Positions 9,914 through 20,591 of a stretch of 64,000 bases of DNA are shown here, piece after piece. The notes under the pieces are model-generated. The model was given only the letters and a program-made list of their open reading frames with translations. It was not told the origin of the DNA and did not search any database. Source of the DNA: a virus. The stretch lies in IMG/VR virus record IMGVR_UViG_3300032893_000005, positions 90,092 to 154,091 of that record. One strand, given 5' to 3'. Numbering within the stretch: the stretch's first letter is position 1; every line of letters begins with the position of its first letter. A program made the translations under genes and the position numbers.

Positions 9914-11029
9914 TTATAGTCCGCAGTCAACTGTCCAGTGAGCGGTATAGAAGTGTCCGGCAGTAAGAACAGCACCGCCCTCTATCGTCACGTAGTTCTC
10001 TCCCCAGTTGAAGTTGGTGGGAGTGATCGACGTATCGCTGGAAGAGTTGTTGTCGTGAACCTTGCCAGCGGTACCAGTAGTGTCCGAGTAGAACTGCACC
10101 AGAGTGTATGTTCCAGGAAGGCGCTTAGGTACCTTGAACCAGGCCTTACCACCGTCACTCATCGTTTGAGTATCGGTAGCGATGTTGCGGTAACATCCAT
10201 TTTCGTTGGCGGTGCCAGGAGCAACTCCTTGCGGATAGCTCTTCTCGTAGTAGCGCTGACACAGCGCAAGCTCTTGCTGGATGCTTCTGCCGTTGCGAGC
10301 AAACCCAGTCGCCGAGAAGCCCAAGGGTCCTTCGACGATCGAGAACTGAGCAATCTGGAAAGTTGCGCTGCTGGTAGCCATCCAGTTCGTGGCAGAAGAA
10401 GCAACTACGTAGCTGCCAGCCTGCCAAGAGTTGAGGGTAGAAGTCGCGTACGTGGTTCCGGCATAACTTCCTATGTCGACGTACAGTGCGTTCGTGTTGT
10501 CGAAGTTCCACGTGCCAACAGTGTCCATCTGGACTGAGATAGAAATAAACTGCCACGTACTGGCTCCGTTGATGGTAAACGTAGTGACGTAGCTTCTGTT
10601 GGTAGACCCATTTCTAAGAGCGAACGAGTAAGTTCCAGTTACGGAAGCTTGAGCCCAGAACCCAAAGGTCACTGTTTTTTGATGGATCTTCTCAAAGTCT
10701 AGCCCTTCCATTCGGTACTGACAAACCTCTACGTAGTCCGAGGCTGCGAAGGATGCTATCCCCGTAACCATCGTTGCCAGTAAGCTGTACGTACTCTGAA
10801 ATCCTGACTGGGCTACGGTAGGTATCGTAGCAGACCTAGCTATCGAGTAGTTCTTAACAGTTGATCCTCCAGAATCGTAGGTGAACATGTCGGCGGCATA
10901 TCCAGAAGTTGTGGTCGCAGTGTTGACCGTCGTGGTGCTACCCTCGACGCGCTGCCAGAAGTCGAAGGCACCGTTGATCGCCAGGTTCCTGATCTCAGAT
11001 GGTGTATGTGCGCCTATGATCTTACTCAT
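9914..11029 (-). CDS. tail fibre/receptor-binding protein
   Basis: NLAINGAFDFWQR...ELALCQRYYEKSY motifs typical of phage fibre proteins. Confidence 0.75.
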   Translation of the reverse strand: MSKIIGAHTPSEIRNLAINGAFDFWQRVEGSTTTVNTATTTSGYAADMFTYDSGGSTVKNYSIARSATIPTVAQSGFQSTYSLLATMVTGIASFAASDYVEVCQYRMEGLDFEKIHQKTVTFGFWAQASVTGTYSFALRNGSTNRSYVTTFTINGASTWQFISISVQMDTVGTWNFDNTNALYVDIGSYAGTTYATSTLNSWQAGSYVVASSATNWMATSSATFQIAQFSIVEGPLGFSATGFARNGRSIQQELALCQRYYEKSYPQGVAPGTANENGCYRNIATDTQTMSDGGKAWFKVPKRLPGTYTLVQFYSDTTGTAGKVHDNNSSSDTSITPTNFNWGENYVTIEGGAVLTAGHFYTAHWTVDCGL

Positions 11030-11037
11030 GTTTCACC

Positions 11038-13659
11038 TTAAATCTCCGCGTCCGCAGTCCAATGGATTTTATACGCAGTTTGCGCCGCTGGCGTGACGGA
11101 AGTACCAATAGTTACACTACCTAGTCCCACTGTCAATATAGATGATGCTATTGAAGCGCTGTTTGTACTAGTTTCCCAGGATGCTCCACCCGAGACAGGA
11201 TTGATACCGGTAACTGTCGGTGAAGCTCTCTTCTCTGCCTTGAAGCCAACTGACACTAATAGACCACCGGTAACATTTGTACCGATTGACCACCAACTTG
11301 CTGTATCTACGACTGTACCTGGAGCTGTTCCAATGTCATAACTCTTCTCGTAGTAGCGCTGACAGAGAGCAACTTCTTCACCAAAGTACCGTCCAGCTCT
11401 GGCAAATGTCATGGCAGTAGCGCCGATGTTGACTTCAGCTTGTTCAACCACGAACCCGTTGTTGAGCGCGTACAAGTTGCCGCTTGATACTCCAGTGATA
11501 CGAACCCTGATGCCTATCACGCCGCTCGCCGTTGGAGTGTTACCGCTGTTCTGGTTGAGCAGAGAAGCGAGCGTGAAGCCTGACGAGTTGACGGTGACAA
11601 GCTGCTCAGTTCCGAAGAACAAGGTCGGCTTGATCTCAGAAGTGGCGTAGGCGAACTGGATACCGACCTGGTTCACGTTGCCGAGAGCCTTGACGTACAT
11701 GCTGGCCGAGATGCTCTGGTTTATGAGGTCGATCGACATCGGGTTCTCTATCACCTGGTAAAGCTCGGTCACGTTCGCTTGCGAAGCTGTCGGGGCGGTC
11801 GTGATCTGAACAGAGCATCCATACTTGGAACCGGGCAAGGTGCCTGTAACTTGTGACATCGTGATGACGCCAGAAGTTCCGAGGCCGTTCTTCACGTACC
11901 ATCGATCGGCTGCGACGTAGGACGAGCTGCCGTTTGCGATCGTAGCCGAAGTCTGACGCTGCCACAGGTCGAAGGCGCCGTTGATCAAGTAGTTCTTGAG
12001 GCCGTTGGTCTGAAGCTGAGTGATAGCGGTCGAGTTCTGACTCGATACGTCAACGACCTGAACACGGTAGACGATCATGAAGTCAAGTGCCAGTGAGCTG
12101 TAATCCTTGTCGAGCTGGATGATGGTCGAGCTGACCTCAGTGTAGTAACCGTCAGAGGTCGGGACAGAACCAGCGACGTAGCGCGGGAGCATCTGACCGT
12201 TGACGTAGACGTCGAGGATGCCGTAAGCGTTTCCTGAGTTCACGCCGATCGGGTACTGAAGACCGCCGGTCAAGGCGATCTGTGTCTTACCACCTACGAC
12301 GGACAAGGTGCAGTTGATGGGAGAAGTCGAGCTGTTAGTTACACCGTAAGCAGACCAGAGGGTAGCGCCTGAGGCAGAGCCCAGAGCCTTCTGCATGAAG
12401 GCTTCGTAGTTGAGCAAGTTGACGAAGCCGGTGCCAGAAGACCTTGCCGAGAAGAAGCGGAGGTAGAGGCTCGTTCCCGAAGTCGGGGCCACGTCGCTCT
12501 GCATCTGGTCGGTCGTGTTCGTAGTGCGAGTCTGGAGGGTCATCCAGTTCGTGTTGTCGGTTGATCCTACGTAAGCGCAGAACGGAGCAACGTCGGGCGT
12601 CCAGAGGTTTGATCCAGAGGCCGCGTTGTCCTCGTAGTCCACCATGATCTCGGAGAACGCAGTAGAGCCGAAGGAGGCAGAGATCGCTGCGGCAGTCGAG
12701 TTCGCGTTGTAGTTGTAGATGTCAACCGTGTGGACGCACTGCGACACGCAGCAAGCCACAGCGCTCGGGTTAGAGGCAAAGGCCGACTCGATCGTGAAGG
12801 GGGTTCCCGCACCACCGTCGGAGTTGATCGATCCGATGACCGTGATCTTCCTGACCTCGCCAGTCACCAAGTTGATGACGACGTCACCAGCAGCGACCGT
12901 GAAGGCAGGTCCTGATCCACCGCTGATGTGCATGGTAACAGAAGTGTTGGCGGTTATCGTGCGCGATGCGTCGTAGTTGATCGTGTACATCTGCTTCGCG
13001 GCGTTGTACGAAGCGTTGGTGAAGCCAGTGTTCGCGTTGACGGCAGATACGGAGTTGGTCGGGCCTTCGGTGAAGGGCTCGATGAACACGGCACGGAACT
13101 GGAGGGTGTCCAGGTCGGAGCCAGAACCACTGGTACCGGAGCCTCCGCCTTGACCAAGGCGAAGCGTCTGACCAGCGTTCTGGGCGAAGCCGTTGCGCCA
13201 GTACAAGCGCTGGGTTCCGTCAGCAGCGTCTACGCGCTTGGCGATCAGGAAGACTTCCTGGTTCGCGTTGACCGCAGCAGACAGCGCAGAGCCGTTGGTG
13301 ACGATCGAGAGCGTTGCGGTTCCAGCCGTGCGGTTTAGGACCGCGACGAGCATGTCGCCGGAGTTCGTGAAGTTCTGGGAAGAAGAACCGAGGCTAATGA
13401 CCTGGGGTACAGCGCCAGAGATCTTCTGGTTGACTGTGATCTTGAGGTTGTCAGTGAACTGGACCTGAGTGCCGGTGAACGTGATGGTACCGCCGTCTGT
13501 CAGGAGGATGTTTCGATCCTCGAACAGCTTGCCCATCTCTCCGTCTATGTTAGAGAGGAGGGTGTCGACGCCGGTGTTCGCCGCGTTGCCGATCATGGAC
13601 GGAGTACTTCTCAGTATACTCTGCCTGATGTCCTGATTCGTTGTTCCTGGTCCTGGCAT
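11038..13659 (-). CDS. long tail fibre/receptor-binding protein
   Basis: NYLINGAFDLWQR...EVALCQRYYEKSY C-terminal module paralogous to 9914..11029. Confidence 0.75.
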   Translation of the reverse strand: MPGPGTTNQDIRQSILRSTPSMIGNAANTGVDTLLSNIDGEMGKLFEDRNILLTDGGTITFTGTQVQFTDNLKITVNQKISGAVPQVISLGSSSQNFTNSGDMLVAVLNRTAGTATLSIVTNGSALSAAVNANQEVFLIAKRVDAADGTQRLYWRNGFAQNAGQTLRLGQGGGSGTSGSGSDLDTLQFRAVFIEPFTEGPTNSVSAVNANTGFTNASYNAAKQMYTINYDASRTITANTSVTMHISGGSGPAFTVAAGDVVINLVTGEVRKITVIGSINSDGGAGTPFTIESAFASNPSAVACCVSQCVHTVDIYNYNANSTAAAISASFGSTAFSEIMVDYEDNAASGSNLWTPDVAPFCAYVGSTDNTNWMTLQTRTTNTTDQMQSDVAPTSGTSLYLRFFSARSSGTGFVNLLNYEAFMQKALGSASGATLWSAYGVTNSSTSPINCTLSVVGGKTQIALTGGLQYPIGVNSGNAYGILDVYVNGQMLPRYVAGSVPTSDGYYTEVSSTIIQLDKDYSSLALDFMIVYRVQVVDVSSQNSTAITQLQTNGLKNYLINGAFDLWQRQTSATIANGSSSYVAADRWYVKNGLGTSGVITMSQVTGTLPGSKYGCSVQITTAPTASQANVTELYQVIENPMSIDLINQSISASMYVKALGNVNQVGIQFAYATSEIKPTLFFGTEQLVTVNSSGFTLASLLNQNSGNTPTASGVIGIRVRITGVSSGNLYALNNGFVVEQAEVNIGATAMTFARAGRYFGEEVALCQRYYEKSYDIGTAPGTVVDTASWWSIGTNVTGGLLVSVGFKAEKRASPTVTGINPVSGGASWETSTNSASIASSILTVGLGSVTIGTSVTPAAQTAYKIHWTADAEI

Positions 13660-13669
13660 GTTTTCCTCT

Positions 13670-13972
13670 TTACGGTGACCTGTCGACTCGGAAGTCTACC
13701 AAGTCTCCGACTACTAAGTTGAACGTGAACGTGACTTGCGTCTTGGTGCCTGATCCCACGTAGTTGTAGTCAGCGCTGGGTTCTAGGCGTTGGCCGTTGA
13801 AGTAGACCTGAAGCTCAGCTCCCACGTAAGATCCGCTTGCTGGGAGAGTGACTGCGGTACCCGAAGTGATCGGCGATGCGACCGTGTACCGCTGGTCGTA
13901 GACTGGCACGTAGACGTTAGCCGCCTGGGACCTAGGAAACCCGTTTACTAGGGCTAGAAAGGTCCCTGACAT
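13670..13972 (-). CDS. small virion structural protein
   Basis: LQVYFNGQRL..DY module also seen in neighbouring fibres. Confidence 0.65.
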   Translation of the reverse strand: MSGTFLALVNGFPRSQAANVYVPVYDQRYTVASPITSGTAVTLPASGSYVGAELQVYFNGQRLEPSADYNYVGSGTKTQVTFTFNLVVGDLVDFRVDRSP

Positions 13973-16362
13973 TAGTTGACTCCAACAGGCACCGCATCCA
14001 CGTCAACGACGTTCGTAGACTTCACTATGCCGAGGCGAGTGATCGCTTGGCCAGTAGTCGACGGTGCAGTGTTACTCCAAGCACCTGCGGCCTGAAGGAA
14101 GAACGGCTTGCCCTGGTCGTTGGTAGCGAACGCAGTGTCGCTCGAGCCGAGGGTAAGAAGTCCCTTACGAACGACCGTGATGCTGTTACCAGCAGACACG
14201 GAGGTCGGGTTGTTGAACAGACCGATGACGTAGAACTCGTCGTAGGTTGAAGTGTCGATGTCGGCAGCGTACACCCGGCCAGCAGTCTCGCCGTTCTGAA
14301 CGATGGCTCTGCGGATTGCGTACGTCGTATTCGCGCTGAACGATTGACCGGCCACTTCGGTAGTGACCCAGGCGGGAGCGTTCTGAACGGCAGCGGCTGA
14401 ACCGTTACCGCCCGTGATGGTGAGCTGGTCGAAGACGTTGGTGTTGACCTTGGCAGCAGTAACCGCGTTGTTGACGAGGTCAGTCGACTGGATGCTGTTC
14501 GAGAGGTTCAACTTCGAGTACGCGATCGCAGCCGAGGCGTTGATGTCCGCGTTCACGATCGAGTTGCTCAAGCTCAGCTTGCTGTAGGCGATCGCGGCAG
14601 AAGGACTGACGTCGGAGTTGACGATAGAACCGGCAAGGCTTAACTTGCTGTAGGCGATCGCGGCAGAAGGACTGATGTCCGCGTTCACGATGCTGGCAGA
14701 CAGGTTCAACTTGCTGTAGGCGATCGCAGCCGAGGCGCTGACCTGGGTATTCGTGATACCGCCAGCCTTGACCTCGAGGTTGTTGCCGCTGAAGTCGATC
14801 GTGGTGCCGTCGACGTTTACGTTCAGCGTGTTACCGCTGTAGGACAGACCGTTACCGGCCAAGATCTTGGAAGGACCTGAGAAGTCAACCCACGAGAGGG
14901 TAGACGACACGTAGGTGTACGAAGATCCGTAGTGCTGAGAGCCAGGCGCGTTGACGTTGAACGCCCAGTTGTTTGCAGGCGAAGCGAACGTGTAGGCGTA
15001 AGAGCCAGGCGTTGCGTTCGTGACGGTCGCGATCGTGTTGTGGTGACCTGCGAAGCTGCCGCCAAGCTGCGCCGTGAAGGACGAGTACGTGATCGTAGAG
15101 TCGCCCGTGCCGCTGGACTTGGTGATAGTGCCGCTTGCCGGAGGATAACCGTTGCTCGTCGCAACTAGCGTTGTACCGCCAGCGATCGTGCTCTGGACGA
15201 TGAAGGCGTAGCCGTTAGAGTCGAGGTAGATAGCGCCAGCAGTTGCGTTCGCAGCCGTGACCGTGAACGTGAATACTTCGGGAGTGTCGATGGACACACC
15301 GAAGCGGTCGCCGACCTGCATGGCAGTCTGAGTTCCAGAGCCAAGGGGTAAGCCGTTCGAGATGTCGATCCAGTTCGCACCGTCCCACCACACGACGTGA
15401 CCAGCAAAGCCGGACCAAGCGCCCGTAGGCGATGCTCCGATGACGTAGGTCAAGCTGTAGATCGGCGATCCGGGAGGAGCGCTTAGGCTGTCGTCGGTGA
15501 TGTCTGGGTCTCTGACTGGGTTCTGCCACAGGAGGCCTGTGCTCGCAGAGGTCAACTGACCGTAGTTCACCGCGTCGTTCGGGTTCGTACCGTTCGCGAG
15601 GCCAGTGATCTTGTTGCTGTTCAGGTTGAAGTTGCCGGTAGCGGGTACTGTGCCGTCGGCCAAGAACAAGTTGCCTGACAAGATACCAGAAGCCTGGACG
15701 TAGCCAGAAGCACTCTGGATCAAGACGTCGTTGGTTGAACCACCGAGGGTAGCCAACTTCGTGTAGGCGATGGCCGCAGAGGGAGATACGTCAGAGTTGA
15801 CGATCGAGCCTGAGAGGTTCAGCTTGCTGTAGGCGATTGCCGCGCCAGCCGCGATGTTCGAGTTCGTCAGGTTCCCGAGGTCGACGTCGGCGTCGGGCAT
15901 CGTGATCGTGCGAGTGTGGCCGGTCGTGATGCCAGCAGCACTGAACGCGATCTTCTTGGTCGTGTCAGACACGTTCTCGATTCGGAAGACCGAGTCGAGG
16001 GGAGTAAGGATCGCGCCTAGGGCAGAGTCGATGCCAAGCAAAGCACCTTTGACGGTCGCAGCAGTAGGTGTGAAGTTCAGGTAGTTGTCGTAGTCACCGA
16101 TAAGGCGTGAGCCGTCGGTACCGTTGGTCGCAGCAGACAGGGAGCTGGTGCGGGTATAGACCGTGTCGTGCGTGTGGTAGGACGTGTTGACGTCGGTACC
16201 GTTCTGGAGGCTGACAAGGCGGTCTAATATAGTCTTGGTGAGTTCAGTGTTGGATACACCACCGCCTACCTTGACGGACAGCGTCACAAGCGTGTTGGCG
16301 CTTATGTCTATGCCCCTTGTTGCGGCTCCTACTAACCTGGCTAGTACGCTAATGTCTGACAT
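13972..16362 (-). CDS. long tail fibre-like protein (DUF2793-like segment, 22-aa repeats)
   Basis: NKITGLANGTNPNDAVNYGQL; APPGSP...GAWSG...WDG.W; six AAIAY(S/T)KL repeats. Confidence 0.7.
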   Translation of the reverse strand: MSDISVLARLVGAATRGIDISANTLVTLSVKVGGGVSNTELTKTILDRLVSLQNGTDVNTSYHTHDTVYTRTSSLSAATNGTDGSRLIGDYDNYLNFTPTAATVKGALLGIDSALGAILTPLDSVFRIENVSDTTKKIAFSAAGITTGHTRTITMPDADVDLGNLTNSNIAAGAAIAYSKLNLSGSIVNSDVSPSAAIAYTKLATLGGSTNDVLIQSASGYVQASGILSGNLFLADGTVPATGNFNLNSNKITGLANGTNPNDAVNYGQLTSASTGLLWQNPVRDPDITDDSLSAPPGSPIYSLTYVIGASPTGAWSGFAGHVVWWDGANWIDISNGLPLGSGTQTAMQVGDRFGVSIDTPEVFTFTVTAANATAGAIYLDSNGYAFIVQSTIAGGTTLVATSNGYPPASGTITKSSGTGDSTITYSSFTAQLGGSFAGHHNTIATVTNATPGSYAYTFASPANNWAFNVNAPGSQHYGSSYTYVSSTLSWVDFSGPSKILAGNGLSYSGNTLNVNVDGTTIDFSGNNLEVKAGGITNTQVSASAAIAYSKLNLSASIVNADISPSAAIAYSKLSLAGSIVNSDVSPSAAIAYSKLSLSNSIVNADINASAAIAYSKLNLSNSIQSTDLVNNAVTAAKVNTNVFDQLTITGGNGSAAAVQNAPAWVTTEVAGQSFSANTTYAIRRAIVQNGETAGRVYAADIDTSTYDEFYVIGLFNNPTSVSAGNSITVVRKGLLTLGSSDTAFATNDQGKPFFLQAAGAWSNTAPSTTGQAITRLGIVKSTNVVDVDAVPVGVN
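14500..14760 (-). repeat. 66 bp tandem coding repeat (AAIAYSKL-x-L-xx-SIVN-x-D) x4
   Basis: GCTGTAGGCGATCGC-type unit recurring at about 66 bp; two more copies at about 15760-15860. Confidence 0.75.
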
Positions 16363-16396
16363 CTTCTCGTTTTCCTACTTAAAAAATGATGGGAAG

Positions 16397-16660
16397 TTAG
16401 GCGGGTGTTACCTTCTGATTAAGATCTTGACCTAACTTACTGTCTTTGTTATCTTTTTCACTATCCTCAACCTCGCAGAAGTCGACGTTGAAGTTCGCGA
16501 GCTTCCAGCCGTAGGGCTTCAGGACCTTGTTGGCCTCAGCGTGGGCCTTCTTCAGGATGGCGTTCACCTGGTTACCCAGTTCTTCAGCCATCCTCATGCG
16601 CTCGCTGACTCCCATGCTTGCTAGTGGACGGGCGTTTTCTTTTACTAAGCGCTTACTCAT
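16397..16660 (-). CDS. hypothetical protein
   Basis: ORF with AAAGGG RBS; contains a late-promoter motif in its 3' end. Confidence 0.7.
   Translation of the reverse strand: MSKRLVKENARPLASMGVSERMRMAEELGNQVNAILKKAHAEANKVLKPYGWKLANFNVDFCEVEDSEKDNKDSKLGQDLNQKVTPA
16418..16450 (-). promoter_or_regulatory. late promoter element copy 1
   Basis: minus strand AACAAAGACA-gtaag-TTA-ggtca-AGATCTTAAT, 56 bp before ATG 16362. Confidence 0.75.
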
Positions 16661-16671
16661 GTGGCCCTTTC

Positions 16672-17106
16672 TTATAGTTGACCGATGATCGCGATGGCGA
16701 CCAAGAGGTCAAGCTGCGAAGGTGTGGTCTCGTTCTTAACTATGAAGCCGACTCGGACAACCCAGTCGCCTTCCACGAATCCGTCAACCCCGATGTCAGG
16801 CTTGTCGTTGGTGAGCCCACCGGAGAGCGATACGAACACCGCGTCACCGGGCGAGAACATGCCGACGTTGTAGATCGTGCCGCTCGCGATGATCGTACCC
16901 TGGCTTCCGTTACCCACAGTGGCGACCGTGAGGCCAGCCAAGGATAGGACGTCAGCTTCCAGTGTAGGATTTATAGTAGCCATGCCTGTAGCTGTAATCT
17001 TTACAGGCAAGGCAGCACCGATCGCAGACCCCGTGTTGTTGGTCGAGGTCTTGGTGATCGACTGCGCCTGCACTGGTATGCCGAAGCTCTGGGAAGAGTA
17101 GCTCAT
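16672..17106 (-). CDS. virion structural protein (cement/decoration-like fold, similar to C-terminus of 13972..16362)
   Basis: TAATG coupling; G.AVFVS.SGGLT..P...W.VRVG pattern. Confidence 0.6.
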   Translation of the reverse strand: MSYSSQSFGIPVQAQSITKTSTNNTGSAIGAALPVKITATGMATINPTLEADVLSLAGLTVATVGNGSQGTIIASGTIYNVGMFSPGDAVFVSLSGGLTNDKPDIGVDGFVEGDWVVRVGFIVKNETTPSQLDLLVAIAIIGQL

Positions 17107-20100
17107 TAGTTGATCCACCATTGTACCCCATCGCTCGACACGTCGATCGAGTCGCCTGGGTTCGTGAGTACCTTGGTCATCGCGAAGTCGATGTTGTCGG
17201 CTCCAGACACTGTGACGGTGTTAGCTGACATATCCTTCTTCTTGATCGTGAACCTTACGCCAGTCGCACTGCTCGCAGAAGGCAGCGAGATGATGATCGA
17301 GGCAGAAGATGCGTCAGCGAGCACGAAGTCGTCGACTCCTAGGGAGATCGTGTGATTCGCGCTGTAAGTCGTGAAGCTTCTGTTGTTCGAGATGCCTGCC
17401 AAGAACACGCCGCGAGTCTGCTTGCGGTAAGCGCCTAGGCCTACGTCGTAGATGAGCAGGTAGTTCGAGTTGTTCGCGACCGAGTCAGTCGGCAGGTGGA
17501 CGAAGTCGTCGTCGGGAGCACCGCCGCCAGTTCCAGGACCGCCAGGCATCCTGATCTTGAAGTCGAGGACGTCGCCAACGACTAAGTTCTGGTTGATCTG
17601 GATGGTAGTCGACTGAGCACCGAACACTCCAACCTCAGTCCAGCCGCCGGTCACAGAGTCTACGTTGGTGAGCGGCAGGAACTGACCGTTGAGGAACAGG
17701 TCAAGCCAACCTTTACCGACGGTGTAGTACTGCGTTGCGTTAGAGTTTCGAGAGTTGAGCGGCAAGGTGATGTTCGTGCCGGACGTTATCGGTCCGTTGA
17801 TCTGGTTGTTGCCAGAAGCACCGCTCGTGACCAACAGCAGAGACTCGTCGTACGCGGGGTTCGACAAGGTCGTGAAGATGCTGTTGATGTTACCAGCACA
17901 GATCGAGATCGCGATGGTCAGCGAGTCAGCGCTCGAGAACGTGTAAGGGCTTCCAGCCTGAGGGAAGATGGTGTAAGGCGGAGAGGTGTCGGACTCTGAC
18001 TCAGAGCCGATGAACTTCAGGATGTTGAGCAGCGTCGGATCGTCGATCTGAGCTGAGTCGCCCTGCTCGAGTACGCCGTTACCACCACGCAGTCTTAGGT
18101 AGATGCGAGGAGTCGCAGTGACAGAACCGTCGCCCGCTATGCCGCCGCCAGTCTCAGAGTAGACCTGGTAGTACGTCGTGTAGTTTGCGCTTGCGTAGCT
18201 CACGCCGCCGTTGGTAGTTGCGACCGAGTAACCGGCAGACTGAGGAGGAGTTCCGGTACTCTTCAGACGCGCAGCGTTGAAGCTGTCCGCCGTCGTACCC
18301 TTGATCATCCACACGTAGTTTCCAGCAGAGAGGCTCGGGTAGCCAGCGCCGGTGAACGTGAAGTCGATGTCTGCCAAGTTGGTGATGGCGGTCGCAGCTA
18401 CTACGTCAGAAGACGCGAGCACGGAGCCAGTGGGCACGTTGCCCGAGGCTGCGTACACGTCGATGTACACGTTGCCGGTCGGAGTTCCCATGGGGTTACC
18501 GCCGACGACCGTGATCTTACCTAAGTTGATGCCAGCGCCGAGCGAGAAGTTGTTACCCTGCCAGTCCTGAGTCGTGATCGATCCAGTGTCGAAGCCGCTA
18601 GATGGAGCAGGAGTAGCGCCGGTCAAGCCGTCTGCGACGAGAGTATAGGCCGGTGATCCGCCGGAGACGTCGGGGCCAGGGTTGTAGACCGTGAAGGTCT
18701 TAGAGCCCGTGACCGCCTGGATGTCGTACTTGCCGTCGAAGCTCGAGTCGTTGGCGCCCGCGATCGTGATCGCCTGTCCTACGACGAGGTTGTGGTTCAA
18801 AACTGTCTTAACAGTCGCGTAGTTGCTCGCCCGAGACAGACCGCCGTTCGCAGGCGTGTCGATCATGAGGGTCGTGAACGCGTTGTCGTCGCGCTTCGCT
18901 AACCAGTAAGTATCCCCTGACACTGGTACTGCCGTGGGATCAGCAGCGGTGACCGTGCCGTAAGTTCCCTGACAGCGAAGTGCCTTGCCAGTAACGGTCG
19001 TGCCGATGTAGTTGGACGCGAGGGTGATCGTGCTGCCGGACACCATGCTGACCTTGGCGTAGGCCGCGATGTTGTCAGCCGCGTACTTGACCCAGTCGCC
19101 AGCGCTGATGCCGCTTATGGTGTTCGCAGCAGTTATCGTGTTGGTGCCGTTGGTGAAGGAGAACGTGTTCGATGACTGGAAGTCTTGGTCGCGGACGAGG
19201 CTGACGTAGCAAACCTGACCGTCGTTGAGTTCGACGCTCCCCTGAGTGATAGTGTAAGTCAGCGGGCCGAAGATCGACCTGACGAGGACGTTTGAGGTCC
19301 ACTCGAGCAAGCCTGCAGTGGCTGGATCATGTACGAATGCGCCAGAGCCAGTGATGACTGAGAACTCAGCGTTGAACGCGAGGTTTGCGACGCTGGCACC
19401 AGGGATCAGCGAAGATCCGTTGACGTACCAGAGGGAGCCGCCTGACAGGTTCAGGATACGGCTCATCACCATGTCCATCCAGTCCTTGAACTTCAGGAGG
19501 TTGAAGTCACCGTTCTGGAAGGGGTCTGGCTGGCCGTTGGCCGTGACGATGAGAGGATTCTCAGCAGTTAATGACGCAGTGTAGTAAGGGTTCGGAGCAG
19601 CTCCACCTTGTCCTAGACGGAATGGCGAGTACTTGGCGTTCTCGATGCTGATCGCAGCGCCTGAGCTGTTGACGCCCACGATCGCAAGCGGCATGTTGGT
19701 GCCGAAGCCTGAGGTGTTGATGACGATCTGGTACTCGAGCACGAGCCCAAGCGGGACGTTCTTCGTGAACTCAACCTTGGCGTCGACGTCCCAGAAGCTG
19801 ACCAGGTCGTTGGTCGAGGGATCAGTCGCGCGGAGTAACTGGACAGATACGTAGTTGGTAGCCCCTGAGGTGAAGGAGCCGACGACGTTCGGGTTCGTCG
19901 CGTTCAGGATCTCGTTCGGGGTTCCAGCGGGAACTGTGAGGTAGGAGCCATCGGCCTGGCCAGGCATCCATATGACGCTGTCCGACACAGACACTTGGAT
20001 GGTCGATGCCTGAGCGTTGATGTAGTTCGCCGCGTTCGGTATGTAGAATCCCCTAAGGGTGTAGGGCGAAGTACCGATGAAGCCGGACAGTAAGGCCCTG

Positions 20101-20192
20101 AAGTCGAAGATGTTTCCATCCTCGATCATCTTGAGGTGAGGGACGTCTACGCGCTGAGCCTGAAGCCAGTTAAACCGCTGTGTATTTGCCAT
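17106..20192 (-). CDS. baseplate-attached long tail fibre/structural protein
   Basis: N-terminal R.NW...QRVD.PHL; multi-domain S/T/G-rich; C-terminal 'ADAS...ISLP...IKKKD.SANTVTV...DG..W' fibre domain. Confidence 0.7.
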   Translation of the reverse strand: MANTQRFNWLQAQRVDVPHLKMIEDGNIFDFRALLSGFIGTSPYTLRGFYIPNAANYINAQASTIQVSVSDSVIWMPGQADGSYLTVPAGTPNEILNATNPNVVGSFTSGATNYVSVQLLRATDPSTNDLVSFWDVDAKVEFTKNVPLGLVLEYQIVINTSGFGTNMPLAIVGVNSSGAAISIENAKYSPFRLGQGGAAPNPYYTASLTAENPLIVTANGQPDPFQNGDFNLLKFKDWMDMVMSRILNLSGGSLWYVNGSSLIPGASVANLAFNAEFSVITGSGAFVHDPATAGLLEWTSNVLVRSIFGPLTYTITQGSVELNDGQVCYVSLVRDQDFQSSNTFSFTNGTNTITAANTISGISAGDWVKYAADNIAAYAKVSMVSGSTITLASNYIGTTVTGKALRCQGTYGTVTAADPTAVPVSGDTYWLAKRDDNAFTTLMIDTPANGGLSRASNYATVKTVLNHNLVVGQAITIAGANDSSFDGKYDIQAVTGSKTFTVYNPGPDVSGGSPAYTLVADGLTGATPAPSSGFDTGSITTQDWQGNNFSLGAGINLGKITVVGGNPMGTPTGNVYIDVYAASGNVPTGSVLASSDVVAATAITNLADIDFTFTGAGYPSLSAGNYVWMIKGTTADSFNAARLKSTGTPPQSAGYSVATTNGGVSYASANYTTYYQVYSETGGGIAGDGSVTATPRIYLRLRGGNGVLEQGDSAQIDDPTLLNILKFIGSESESDTSPPYTIFPQAGSPYTFSSADSLTIAISICAGNINSIFTTLSNPAYDESLLLVTSGASGNNQINGPITSGTNITLPLNSRNSNATQYYTVGKGWLDLFLNGQFLPLTNVDSVTGGWTEVGVFGAQSTTIQINQNLVVGDVLDFKIRMPGGPGTGGGAPDDDFVHLPTDSVANNSNYLLIYDVGLGAYRKQTRGVFLAGISNNRSFTTYSANHTISLGVDDFVLADASSASIIISLPSASSATGVRFTIKKKDMSANTVTVSGADNIDFAMTKVLTNPGDSIDVSSDGVQWWIN

Positions 20193-20591
20193 TTAGATCT
20201 GCCTTCCAAGCCACTTGATGGGATCTCTGATGGACTCGTTCTGTTCTGGAGTTTGCCACGCAGAGACGCAGTAGTTGACCGGTTGAACACCGCCGACGAC
20301 GCCAGGCAAAGCTTCTACGTTGGTGCCACAAGTGACCTTGAACGGTTCCATGCCCGGAGGTAAGTCGCCGACGTAAGGTGCTGGGTAGCCGGGCCACGGT
20401 TGGACTGCAGGAGTGACGATGATGTTCGGGTGAAGGATCGTAGGAGGAATATACGGTGCCACGTAGGGAACTTGTACGGGCTGGGCCAACACTTCTGCCT
20501 TAAGCTTGAGGGCTTCGATGATCTGTTTCTGTATGTTAACCAGGTCTTTGAGAGCCTGGACCTCTTGCTCGAGGGCTTCTTCGCGGGTCAT
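20193..20591 (-). CDS. hypothetical protein (coiled coil + Pro-rich)
   Basis: AAGGTG RBS downstream of a late promoter. Confidence 0.7.
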   Translation of the reverse strand: MTREEALEQEVQALKDLVNIQKQIIEALKLKAEVLAQPVQVPYVAPYIPPTILHPNIIVTPAVQPWPGYPAPYVGDLPPGMEPFKVTCGTNVEALPGVVGGVQPVNYCVSAWQTPEQNESIRDPIKWLGRQI

